Shown here: in pieces, positions 28,447 through 36,782 of the stretch
Layout of the letters: each line of letters begins with the position of its first letter
Numbering within the stretch: the stretch's first letter is position 1
Source: Candidatus Omnitrophota bacterium
GTDB lineage: Bacteria; Omnitrophota; Gorgyraeia; Gygaellales; Profunditerraquicolaceae
NCBI GenBank assembly: GCA_025453395.1
Contig: JALOQK010000003.1
Location: 82,711 to 146,710, forward strand
Direction of reading: 5' to 3'
Length of the DNA: 64,000 nt
Program-made: the position numbers and the translations under genes
Notes under the pieces: model-generated
Seen by the model: only the letters and a program-made list of their open reading frames with translations
Told to the model about the DNA's origin: nothing
Database searches by the model: none

Positions 28447-30012
28447 ATGCTAAAAATTAAACGCGCATTGATCAGTGTTTCTGATAAAACAGGAATTCTC
28501 GACTTTGCCAAAGTCCTGCAAAGTTTTGGAGTAGAAATTCTTTCTACCGGAGGCACGGCAAAAATTTTTAGAGACAATAATATTCCTGTGCTTGAAGTTT
28601 CAGATTACACCGGTTTTCCGGAAATGCTCGATGGCAGGGTTAAGACTCTCCACCCTAAGATCCACGGTGGGCTTTTGGCGGTGCGTGATAATAGCGCGCA
28701 TATGGAAACTGTGAAAAAGCACAATATCGGTTTGATTGATATGGTGGTAGTTAATCTTTATCCTTTTGAGAAAGTAATTCAAAAAGAAGGTATTCCAATA
28801 GAAGAGGCAATTGAGAATATTGATATCGGTGGGCCCAGTATGCTTCGCTCGGCAGCCAAGAACCACAGGTCAGTGGCGGTTATTTCTTCACCTTTACGCT
28901 ACGCGCAGGTTTCCGAGGAGCTTAAGCGCAGCAAAGGCTTTTTATCAGAAAAGACGCTTCAGGAATTGGGCGTAGAAGTTTTTAAGGTTACATCTTGTTA
29001 CGATTCAGCTATCAATGCATATTTGGGGGAACACATTTTAAATAATCACCAAACATCAAATAACCAATTTCCGGATAAATTAAGTTTGTCATTTTCTAAG
29101 CTGCAGGATTTACGTTACGGAGAAAACCCGCATCAAAGGGGAGCGTTTTACCGCGATCAAAATGCCTGCGTTGGTATTTGCGGGATGAAACAGCTTTGGG
29201 GAAAAGAATTGTCATTTAATAATATTTTGGACCTTAATGCCGCGATAAATATTGTCCAGGAATTTTCCAATCCGGGAGTAGTTTTTATCAAGCACAATAA
29301 TCCTTGCGGGGTAGCGGAAAATAAAAATATCCTGAAAGCTTACCGTGATGCCTGGAGCTGCGATAAATTATCCGCCTTTGGCGGGATCTTGGCAATTAAC
29401 CGAAAAATAGATTTAAATCTGGCTAAATTAATCGCCAGGAGCGGATTTTTAGAATGTATCGTCTGCCCCGGATTCGCGCAAGAGGCAGTAGAATTATTAA
29501 CCGCTAAGAAAAATTTAAGGCTTTTGGAATTCTCCGGGTTACTTGATAAGATAGCGCAAGTTGATTTCAAGAGGGTAAGTGGCGGGCTTCTCGTTCAGGA
29601 CGGCGACGGTAAACTTTTTAATCCGGAAGAGCTAAAAACAGTAACTTCTTTGAAACCTTCAAAATCGCAAATGCAGTCGCTTCTTTTTGCCTGGAAAGTG
29701 GCCAAGCATGTGAAATCAAACGCCATTGTTTTAGTTAAGGGCGCAAAAACCGTCGGTATTGGCGCGGGGCAAATGTCCCGGGTGGATTCGGTATTTATTT
29801 CTACCAAGAAATCCGGCAAGTTAGCCATTGGTTCAGTTATGGCCTCGGACGCATTTTTTCCCAAAGAAGATGCCATACAATTAGCTGCGAAATTTAAGAT
29901 CAGGGCGATCATTCAGCCCGGAGGCTCTATTGCTGATGAGGCGATCATTAAGATGGCAGATAAGCATAAGATCGCCATGGTCTTTACCGGGACAAGGCAC
30001 TTTAAACATTAA
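28447..30012 (+). CDS. purH: Bifunctional AICAR transformylase / IMP cyclohydrolase
   Basis: 'ALISVSDKTGILDFAK', 'STGGTAK', 'VSDYTGFPEMLDGRVKTLHPKIHGG' are near-invariant PurH blocks. Confidence 0.9.
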   Translation: MLKIKRALISVSDKTGILDFAKVLQSFGVEILSTGGTAKIFRDNNIPVLEVSDYTGFPEMLDGRVKTLHPKIHGGLLAVRDNSAHMETVKKHNIGLIDMVVVNLYPFEKVIQKEGIPIEEAIENIDIGGPSMLRSAAKNHRSVAVISSPLRYAQVSEELKRSKGFLSEKTLQELGVEVFKVTSCYDSAINAYLGEHILNNHQTSNNQFPDKLSLSFSKLQDLRYGENPHQRGAFYRDQNACVGICGMKQLWGKELSFNNILDLNAAINIVQEFSNPGVVFIKHNNPCGVAENKNILKAYRDAWSCDKLSAFGGILAINRKIDLNLAKLIARSGFLECIVCPGFAQEAVELLTAKKNLRLLEFSGLLDKIAQVDFKRVSGGLLVQDGDGKLFNPEELKTVTSLKPSKSQMQSLLFAWKVAKHVKSNAIVLVKGAKTVGIGAGQMSRVDSVFISTKKSGKLAIGSVMASDAFFPKEDAIQLAAKFKIRAIIQPGGSIADEAIIKMADKHKIAMVFTGTRHFKH

Positions 30013-30017
30013 GTAAA

Positions 30018-31337
30018 ATGATTTACCCGGAAGCAATCAAATATTTGGAATCGTTCATTAATTACGAGAAAATCCCGTATTATTCTTACAAGGATTCTGT
30101 AAAGTTAGAGCGCATCAAAGATTTTCTTTCCCTTATTGGAAATCCCCAAGAAAGCTTGCGCGTAATCCATGTTGCCGGCAGTAAGGGCAAGGGTTCTACA
30201 AGCGCTTTTATCGCCCAGATATTAAAAGAAGCGGGATTTAAAACCGGATTATACACTTCTCCGCACCTGTCAGACTTCAGGGAAAGAATTCGTGTCTTCA
30301 GCTGTCAGCCTTCAGCTATCAGCCTTCAGCCAAAAGAATTTGAAGGCATGATTGAGAAAAAAGATTTAACGCGCTTAGTTAAAAAACTAAGGCCTAAAAT
30401 AGAACAATACAATAGGATTTTAAAATATGGCCCATTATCATTCTTTGAGGCCTACACAGCGCTAGCTTTTGTTTATTTTAAAGAAAAAAAAGTAGATTTC
30501 GCGGTTTTAGAGACTGGCATGGGCGGAAGGTTAGACGCAACAAATACTACTAATGCCCAAGTTTGTGTGATTACCCCTATTAGCTATGAGCATACGGACA
30601 AATTAGGTAAAACTCTAAGGCAAATAGCAAGAGAAAAGGCCGGAATAATCAAATCCGAAATCCGAAATCCGAAATCCGAAAGTGCAAAACCAATTGTGAT
30701 TTGCGCGCCGCAGGAAAAAGAGGCGTTAGATGTTATTAGAAAAAGATGTATAGATGTTGGCGCAAAGATTTACGAAATAAAGAAAAATAAATTAACGCAG
30801 TTTAAAACTCAACTTTTAGGGTTTCATCAGCAGATAAACGCGAATGTTGCAAAAGAAGCGGTTAAGGCCTTGTCTTATTTTGGAGCAAAAATAAGCGATA
30901 GTAAAATTCGAAAAGGCCTCGCAGGCACTTTTTGGCCGGGAAGATGCGAGGTGATTTCTCAAAAGCCATTTATTGTTTTAGACGGTGCGCAGAATAAAGC
31001 TTCGGCAAAAGCATTAAAAGAAGCTATCAGGGCTAATTTCCGCTATAATAAGTTAATCTTGGTTTTAGGGATTTCACAGGATAAGGATATAAGGGGGATT
31101 TGCGCGCAATTGCGCACTTTAGCGGGTACAGTTATTTTAACTAAATCCAGTAATCCGCGCGCCACAGAACCAAAAGTCTTAGCGCGATATTTTCCTAAGA
31201 AAGATACGCGGCAAACTTCCGGCGTAAAAGAAGCCTTGTGTTTAGCTAAAGAAGAGGCGAAGGAAAAAGATTTAATATTGGTGACTGGGTCGCTGTTTGT
31301 GGTCGGAGAAGCCAGGGAAGATATATTAAGTTATTAA
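30018..31337 (+). CDS. folC: Folylpolyglutamate synthase / dihydrofolate synthase
   Basis: 'HVAGSKGKGST' P-loop, 'TSPHL'. Mur-ligase fold blocks. Contains two in-frame heptamer tandem-repeat tracts. Confidence 0.85.
   Translation: MIYPEAIKYLESFINYEKIPYYSYKDSVKLERIKDFLSLIGNPQESLRVIHVAGSKGKGSTSAFIAQILKEAGFKTGLYTSPHLSDFRERIRVFSCQPSAISLQPKEFEGMIEKKDLTRLVKKLRPKIEQYNRILKYGPLSFFEAYTALAFVYFKEKKVDFAVLETGMGGRLDATNTTNAQVCVITPISYEHTDKLGKTLRQIAREKAGIIKSEIRNPKSESAKPIVICAPQEKEALDVIRKRCIDVGAKIYEIKKNKLTQFKTQLLGFHQQINANVAKEAVKALSYFGAKISDSKIRKGLAGTFWPGRCEVISQKPFIVLDGAQNKASAKALKEAIRANFRYNKLILVLGISQDKDIRGICAQLRTLAGTVILTKSSNPRATEPKVLARYFPKKDTRQTSGVKEALCLAKEEAKEKDLILVTGSLFVVGEAREDILSY
30299..30333 (+). repeat. Heptanucleotide tandem repeat (cagcNNt x5) inside folC
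   Basis: cagctgt cagcctt cagctat cagcctt cagccaa, encoding 'SCQPSAISLQP'. Confidence 0.7.
30654..30681 (+). repeat. Heptanucleotide tandem repeat (tccgaaa x4) inside folC
   Basis: tccgaaa x4, read directly. Encodes 'EIRNPKSES', an apparent insertion relative to canonical FolC. Confidence 0.8.
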
Positions 31338-31365
31338 AAGCCGATGATTGGTAGCGGGGCCTTGT

Positions 31366-31501
31366 CTGTATTTTTGCGGGAACGTTTGCCCCGCCCCAGC
31401 GTGGCGGGGCTGCACTTCGTTCCAGCCCCTCGCTCTCGCTATATGTTTTTAGCGGGCGAACCTTGCCCGCTCGGGGCTTCCAAGATCCCGCAAAAACACA
31501 G
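31366..31501. ncRNA. GC-rich structured element with a three-way-junction-like fold: a 16-bp closing stem encloses two GC hairpins. Candidate small ncRNA or cis-regulatory RNA; strand and family are unassigned.
   Basis: 31366-31381 'ctgtatttttgcggga' pairs with 31486-31501 'tcccgcaaaaacacag' (one mismatch). Hairpin A is GCCCCGCC-ccagcgt-GGCGGGGC (31388-31410). Hairpin B is AGCCCC...AGCGGGC-gaacctt-GCCCGCT-c-GGGGCT (31424-31478). Local GC is far above the window average. The overlapping short ORFs 31344-31547(+) and 31439-31648(-) are probably spurious. Confidence 0.45.
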
Positions 31502-31553
31502 CCAAGCCACCCGCTTAATCAGAGAGTATAATTTTGCTATACTATGAGGAGGG

Positions 31554-32216
31554 GTGATGGAGAAGAAAAGAATAATTCTTGGAGTTTTATTTCTTGTTGG
31601 CGGCTTTGTTATTTTAGTTCTAGTATTGAATATAATAAAGATAAACAAAGCGGAAACTTTCTTAAACAGCCTGAAGGGCGAAATAATTTACGTTAATAGG
31701 GATGGGCAGTATTCAAATGTGTATAAAATATCCGCTAATGGTAAAAATAGACAAATGCTATATCATAATATCGATAGGACGAATTCAAATTGCTTATTTC
31801 CTCAATGGTCATCGGATGGTTCAAGAATTTTCTTCACGGCAATGAGAAATGGTCAATGGAGAACGTTTATCATGGATTCAGATGGTAGCAATGTAGAAGT
31901 AGTTGAAAATAAAGAAAGTTCACTGGTGAGTCATTATTCAAGGGCAAACGACATTATAGTGAAAGCCGGAAATGTGTATTGTGTAGATGATAAAGGAAAT
32001 GAATTTAAAGTATATAGTTTTGATGGTTATGATTACAAATTTAATCCAGGTGCTTCTGAAGCATCATGGAGCCCCGATAAAAAATTTGTTATTTTCCAAT
32101 CATGCGAATATGGTTTCTTAGGAATGTGGGGAGGGTGTAGTATTTTAATAGCAGATCCGGGAACTGCAGAAGTGGTAAAGATAACTGCAGGTAAAGCGCC
32201 TGATTGGAAGTATTAA
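31554..32216 (+). CDS. Membrane-anchored TolB-like beta-propeller (PD40/WD40-like repeat) protein
   Basis: N-terminal TM. 'SSDGSRIFFTAMRNGQWRTFIMDSDGSN' is a PD40-type repeat. Confidence 0.5.
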   Translation: MMEKKRIILGVLFLVGGFVILVLVLNIIKINKAETFLNSLKGEIIYVNRDGQYSNVYKISANGKNRQMLYHNIDRTNSNCLFPQWSSDGSRIFFTAMRNGQWRTFIMDSDGSNVEVVENKESSLVSHYSRANDIIVKAGNVYCVDDKGNEFKVYSFDGYDYKFNPGASEASWSPDKKFVIFQSCEYGFLGMWGGCSILIADPGTAEVVKITAGKAPDWKY

Positions 32217-32249
32217 CCTTTTTATCTTCTAAATTAAAAAAGCATTCTA

Positions 32250-33671
32250 ATGATCAATATGCAGAGTTTAAATTTAAATGATACTATCGCAGCGATTGCT
32301 ACACCTTGCGGAGAAGGCGGGATTGGGATTGTGCGCATAAGTGGTAAAGACGCCTTGCTAGTTGCAGATAAAGTTTTCTCTGCCAAAAGCAATAAGAAGC
32401 CGTCTACTTTTAAGAGTCATATGGTTCATTATGGTTGGATCATGGAAGCGAAAAGCGAAAAGCGAAAAGCGCAAAACGAAAAAATCATAGATGAGGTCCT
32501 GTTGACTGTCATGCGGGCTCCTCGCACTTATACCAAAGAAGATATTGTGGAAATAAACTGTCACGGCGGGATGGTGGCCTTAAAAAGTGTTTTAGATTTG
32601 GTTTTATCCTGCGGCGCGCGCCTTGCCGCTCCGGGTGAATTTACCAAGCGTGCCTTTTTAAACGGAAGAATTGATTTGGCCCAGGCAGAATCAGTGCTTG
32701 ATATTATCCACGCCAAGAGCCAAGAAGCCCTCAGGGTAAGCTTAAGACAACTAAAGGGCGGCTTGTCAGAGAGAATAAATAAAATCCGCCAGGGGCTTTT
32801 GGAATCTTTAGCGTTATTAGAGGCAAATATTGAATTCCCCGATGAGGAAATCGGCAATATTGATAAAGATGCCTTGTTGGGCAAATTAAATGACGCGCTT
32901 GATAAATTAAATAGCCTTATTCAAACTTCTTTCTACGGGAAGATGATGCGCGATGGGATCCACGTTGTTATTTGCGGAAAGCCTAATGCCGGGAAGTCTT
33001 CTCTTTTAAATGCCATTCTTAAAGAAGAGCGCTCCATTGTTACTCCTATTGCCGGGACTACCCGGGATACAGTAGAAGAATTTATTTCCCTAAAAGGGGT
33101 GCCGGTGTGTTTAGTGGATACCGCCGGGCTTAAAGACGCATCCGGTTTGATTGAAAAAGAAGCCATGTCGCGTTCCCGAAAAAAGATAAAACACGCGGAT
33201 GTAGTTTTGGTTGTTTTTGATTCTAGCACTAAACTGAACAAGGACGATAAAAAAATCCTGCGTCAGGCCAACTCCGATATTACAGTTGCGGTTTTAAACA
33301 AAATAGACTTGAAGAAAAGAATAGAAGAGGATGTAATCCGCAGGAGTTTGCCAAGAATAGTGGAAGTTTCCGCGAAAAAAGAAAGAAATATACAGGCTTT
33401 GGAAGAAGCAATTGTGGGGTTGGCCTGTAAAAGACAAGGCTCTTGCCAGGATGGATTTTTTGTTTCCAACACCCGGCACATTCAAGCCCTAAAAGAGGCA
33501 CATAAACTTGTTGCTTCCGCAGTAAGTTCTATGGATAATAATTTATTGCCTGTGGAGTTAGTGGCTCAGGAATTAAAAGACGCATTATCTGGTTTGGATG
33601 AAGTTCTAGGAAAAGATTCAAATAAAGATATTTTAGATAAGATATTTTCGCAATTCTGCATTGGTAAATAA
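32250..33671 (+). CDS. mnmE: tRNA modification GTPase MnmE (TrmE)
   Basis: 'TIAAIATPCGEGGIGIVRISG', G domain 'ICGKPNAGKSSL', C-terminal 'FCIGK' (C[IL]GK motif). Contains an in-frame heptamer repeat insertion. Confidence 0.9.
   Translation: MINMQSLNLNDTIAAIATPCGEGGIGIVRISGKDALLVADKVFSAKSNKKPSTFKSHMVHYGWIMEAKSEKRKAQNEKIIDEVLLTVMRAPRTYTKEDIVEINCHGGMVALKSVLDLVLSCGARLAAPGEFTKRAFLNGRIDLAQAESVLDIIHAKSQEALRVSLRQLKGGLSERINKIRQGLLESLALLEANIEFPDEEIGNIDKDALLGKLNDALDKLNSLIQTSFYGKMMRDGIHVVICGKPNAGKSSLLNAILKEERSIVTPIAGTTRDTVEEFISLKGVPVCLVDTAGLKDASGLIEKEAMSRSRKKIKHADVVLVVFDSSTKLNKDDKKILRQANSDITVAVLNKIDLKKRIEEDVIRRSLPRIVEVSAKKERNIQALEEAIVGLACKRQGSCQDGFFVSNTRHIQALKEAHKLVASAVSSMDNNLLPVELVAQELKDALSGLDEVLGKDSNKDILDKIFSQFCIGK
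32448..32482 (+). repeat. Heptanucleotide tandem repeat (gcgaaaa x3 plus two degenerate units) inside mnmE
   Basis: gcgaaaa gcgaaaa gcgaaaa gcgcaaa acgaaaa, encoding 'KSEKRKAQNEK', an insertion relative to canonical MnmE. Confidence 0.8.
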
Positions 33672-33674
33672 CTA

Positions 33675-33750
33675 GTTTGGTTATTGATGTTTGATTATTG
33701 GTAAGCTTATTTGGTTGTTGGAATTTGGTTATTGATTATTGAATATATAG
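33675..33750. repeat. Second copy of the TTGGTTATTGATTATTGG-type AT-rich repeat (related to 330-400), immediately upstream of folE
   Basis: 'tttggttattgatgtttgattattggtaagcttatttggttgttggaatttggttattgattattgaa' compared with 'tttggttattcggatattgattattggaatttgtttggttattgaaatttggtaattggg' at 330-400. Confidence 0.6.
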
Positions 33751-33778
33751 ATATGTAATTTAACTGGGAGATAAACGA

Positions 33779-34336
33779 ATGGATAAAAAGAAGATTGAGA
33801 AAGCGGTCCGTGATATATTAGTGGCAATCGGGGAAAACCCTAAGAAAAAAGATCTTTTGGAAACGCCTAAGCGCGTAGCAGAGATGTATGAAGAAATATT
33901 TTCTGGGGTAGGGCAAGACCCGCAGAAGTATTTAGAGGTTCTTTTAGAGCAGAAGCACCACGAGATAGTTCTTTTAAAGGGAATTCCTTTATATAGTGTT
34001 TGTGAACATCATCTTTTGCCGTTTTTTGGCAAGGCGCACGTGGCCTATATCCCTAAACAAGGACGGGTTACAGGTTTAAGTAAATTAGCTAGAGTTGTGG
34101 ATATGCTGGCTCGCCGTCCGCAAGTACAGGAGCGTTTGACTACGCAGATCGCGGAAATCATCATGGAGAAATTAAAACCCCAAGGCTGCATGGTAGTTAT
34201 TCAGGCAGAGCATCTTTGTATGTCCATGCGAGGCGTAAGAAAGCCCGGGACTTTGACGGTAACTTCCGCGGTAAGGGGCATCTTTAAAGAAAATCAGAAA
34301 ACCCGTTCGGAAACCTTAGCTTTGATGCGGGATTAA
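33779..34336 (+). CDS. folE: GTP cyclohydrolase I
   Basis: '[18 protein letters not shown]', '[20 protein letters not shown]', 'QVQERLT' are the FolE catalytic blocks. Confidence 0.9.
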   Translation: MDKKKIEKAVRDILVAIGENPKKKDLLETPKRVAEMYEEIFSGVGQDPQKYLEVLLEQKHHEIVLLKGIPLYSVCEHHLLPFFGKAHVAYIPKQGRVTGLSKLARVVDMLARRPQVQERLTTQIAEIIMEKLKPQGCMVVIQAEHLCMSMRGVRKPGTLTVTSAVRGIFKENQKTRSETLALMRD

Positions 34337-34348
34337 AACCTTAAAATT

Positions 34349-35287
34349 ATGTTACCCGAGCAAAAGATAAGAACGGCATTATTCTACTTAAGCGTTTTTA
34401 TTTTCTTTTCCGGTCTTCCCTTTATCCTTGCCTTTTCTTTAGGGTATAAATTTGACTATCGCCATTTCAAATTCGCCAAGGCAGGGATGATTGTTTTAAA
34501 AACACAACCCGCAGGCGCGGATGTTTACCTTGATGGCGTATTGATTGAGCAAAAAACTACCGCCACTTTAAATGAGCTTTTGCCCGCCACTTATAATATC
34601 AGGCTGGAATTGCAAGGGCATTATCCGTGGTCAAGCCAGATTAAAGTAGAGCAAGGTAAGGCGTCTTTATTCGAGAAAATAATCCTGTTTGCCAAAAGAA
34701 CCGATATTGAACAGCTGAATAAAACCAGCTTTTCTTCTTTCTATGTTGATAAAGAGCAAAAAAATATTTATTCCCTTGATTATGAAAATAGGAAACTTTA
34801 TGTTTCAGGTTTGCAGGGAGAACACCATCGCCTTGCGGCGCTTGTTCCGAAGATGTCCCAAGAACCGCTTAAATTCATAATTTCTTTTGATAGAAAAAAG
34901 GTCATTTTTTTAAATAGCCGCCAGGTAGCAGTTTCTGAGATATTCACTCGGGAAGAAGATGTAATTGCAGATCAGGGGATTGTTTTGGATTATCCCTCGG
35001 ATGTAATAGTAGATGCATTTTGGTATTCGGATAATTACCACTTTATGCTTGTTTGCCGAAAAAGAATTATTATCTGCGAGCCGGTAGAAGATTTCAAGCC
35101 TGTGGAATTGGCCAGTCTCTCAGGTCATAACCATAGTTATTTTTATGATATATCAAGTGACGTGTTGTACTTTTCTGATTATCAAAAGGCTGTGGATGGC
35201 CAGATGCACCAGAATTTGTATAAATTGGATGTAGCTCCTAAAGTTACTGTTCTGCCTAGAATTATTAAAATAAAGGCCAATGAGTAG
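34349..35287 (+). CDS. Membrane-anchored PEGA-domain protein
   Basis: N-terminal TM, then 'LKTQPAGADVYLDGVLIEQKTTATLNELLPATYNIRLELQGHYPW', a PEGA-domain pattern. Confidence 0.5.
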   Translation: MLPEQKIRTALFYLSVFIFFSGLPFILAFSLGYKFDYRHFKFAKAGMIVLKTQPAGADVYLDGVLIEQKTTATLNELLPATYNIRLELQGHYPWSSQIKVEQGKASLFEKIILFAKRTDIEQLNKTSFSSFYVDKEQKNIYSLDYENRKLYVSGLQGEHHRLAALVPKMSQEPLKFIISFDRKKVIFLNSRQVAVSEIFTREEDVIADQGIVLDYPSDVIVDAFWYSDNYHFMLVCRKRIIICEPVEDFKPVELASLSGHNHSYFYDISSDVLYFSDYQKAVDGQMHQNLYKLDVAPKVTVLPRIIKIKANE

Positions 35288-36782
35288 TTTAGTTTACAAC
35301 AGAAGATTTCTGGAAATCATTCCGGGAGCTGTTTCCTGGGGAATAATTATTTTCTTGGCGGGGATGTCTTTTATGAATCCCAAAGCCTGCGCCGTATTGA
35401 TAATTATTTTTGATTTTTACTGGATCGTGCGCACAGTTTACCTGACAACGCTTCTTTTAATCGCCCATCATAAACTACATGTTCAAAGAAATATGGATTG
35501 GCTTGAGCGGTGCCGGAATTTAAGCGCGCAATACCGCTGGCAAAGTTTGTACCACTTGGTTATTTTTCCTGTTTATAAGGAGGACGCGGAAGTATTGCGT
35601 TTTTCTTTAGCGGCGATCAGAGAAAGCCAGTACCCCAAGGAAAAAATAATTGTTGTCCTGGGGTTTGAACAGCGCAACCATTTTGCAAGCTTTACTGCGA
35701 AAATACTGGAAGAAGAGTTTAAGGGTGATTTCTTAATCCTGTTTTCTGTTTTTCATCCCCAGGATATCCCGGGGGAAACCCAAACTAAAGGTGCCAATGC
35801 GACCTGGGCGGCTAAGCAAGCCAAAGATTTCTTAGATCAAAAACACATAAAATATGAGGATGTAGTCTTATCGTGTTTTGACGCTGATACCTGTGTGCAT
35901 AATCAATATTTTGCTTGTCTGTCGCATTATTTTTTAACTGTGCCTTTTCCTCATCAGGCAAGTTATCAGCCTGTGCCGGTGTACAACAACAATATATGGC
36001 ATGCGCCCTCATTCGCAAGGATCGTGGAAATAAGCTCATCTTTTACCCAGATGATTGAAAGCATGCGCCTTGAGAAATTTGTTACCTTTTCAAGCCATAG
36101 CATGAGTTTTAAGGCCTTAGTGGATATAAATTATTGGCCGGTGGATATGATTTCCGATGATTCTGTGGTTTATTGGAAAGCATTTTTATTTTATAAAGGG
36201 CAATACAGAGTTGTGCCGCTTCCCACAACCGTTTCCATGGACGTGGCATACAGTAAAGGGCTCTTCCGGACGATTGTTACCCAGTATAAACAAAAACGCA
36301 GATGGGCCTGGGGGGTTGAGAATTTTCCATTTTTAGTTATGGGGTTTAAAGATAACCCGGGTATTCCTTTTTTAATCCGTCTGCGGCGCACCTATAATCT
36401 TTTAGAAAGCCACGTAACCTGGGCGGTTTGGGCGGTTATTATTACTTTTATCAGCCCTCTGCCGGTTATTGTGGGAGGGGTATTATTTCAGCAGATGCCT
36501 TTAAGCCAGAATCTACCGCAAGTCACCGGGCTTCTTTTACGTTTTACCCTTGTAACTAGTTTAATCTGGGTTATTTTAAGCCGCCTGACTTTGCCCGCGC
36601 GGCCGCGGGATGTCAGCTGGATGAAAAACATTGTTATGTTTCTGGAGTGGGCGATTGTGCCGTTTGTAATTCTCATATTGGGCTCTACTCCGGCTTTGGA
36701 TGCTCAAACCTGCCTTTTATCCGGCAGGCGAATGAAATTTGTTACTACCCCGAAAATAAAGAGGCCAAATGCCGGCAAATAA
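35280..36782 (+). CDS. Integral-membrane GT2-like (processive, synthase-type) glycosyltransferase
   Basis: Two N-terminal and about four C-terminal TM helices flank a cytoplasmic domain with 'SCFDADTCVH' (DxD) and 'QYKQKRRWAWG' (resembles the QxxRW motif of processive GT2 synthases). Confidence 0.5.
   Translation: MSSLVYNRRFLEIIPGAVSWGIIIFLAGMSFMNPKACAVLIIIFDFYWIVRTVYLTTLLLIAHHKLHVQRNMDWLERCRNLSAQYRWQSLYHLVIFPVYKEDAEVLRFSLAAIRESQYPKEKIIVVLGFEQRNHFASFTAKILEEEFKGDFLILFSVFHPQDIPGETQTKGANATWAAKQAKDFLDQKHIKYEDVVLSCFDADTCVHNQYFACLSHYFLTVPFPHQASYQPVPVYNNNIWHAPSFARIVEISSSFTQMIESMRLEKFVTFSSHSMSFKALVDINYWPVDMISDDSVVYWKAFLFYKGQYRVVPLPTTVSMDVAYSKGLFRTIVTQYKQKRRWAWGVENFPFLVMGFKDNPGIPFLIRLRRTYNLLESHVTWAVWAVIITFISPLPVIVGGVLFQQMPLSQNLPQVTGLLLRFTLVTSLIWVILSRLTLPARPRDVSWMKNIVMFLEWAIVPFVILILGSTPALDAQTCLLSGRRMKFVTTPKIKRPNAGK

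Noticed and set aside
31344-31648. Two overlapping hypothetical ORFs (31344-31547 +, 31439-31648 -) in the folC-TolB spacer
   Set aside because: They lie inside the GC-rich structured element. GC richness inflates ORF length, they have no RBS or recognisable motifs, and they overlap each other; better explained as non-coding RNA or structure.
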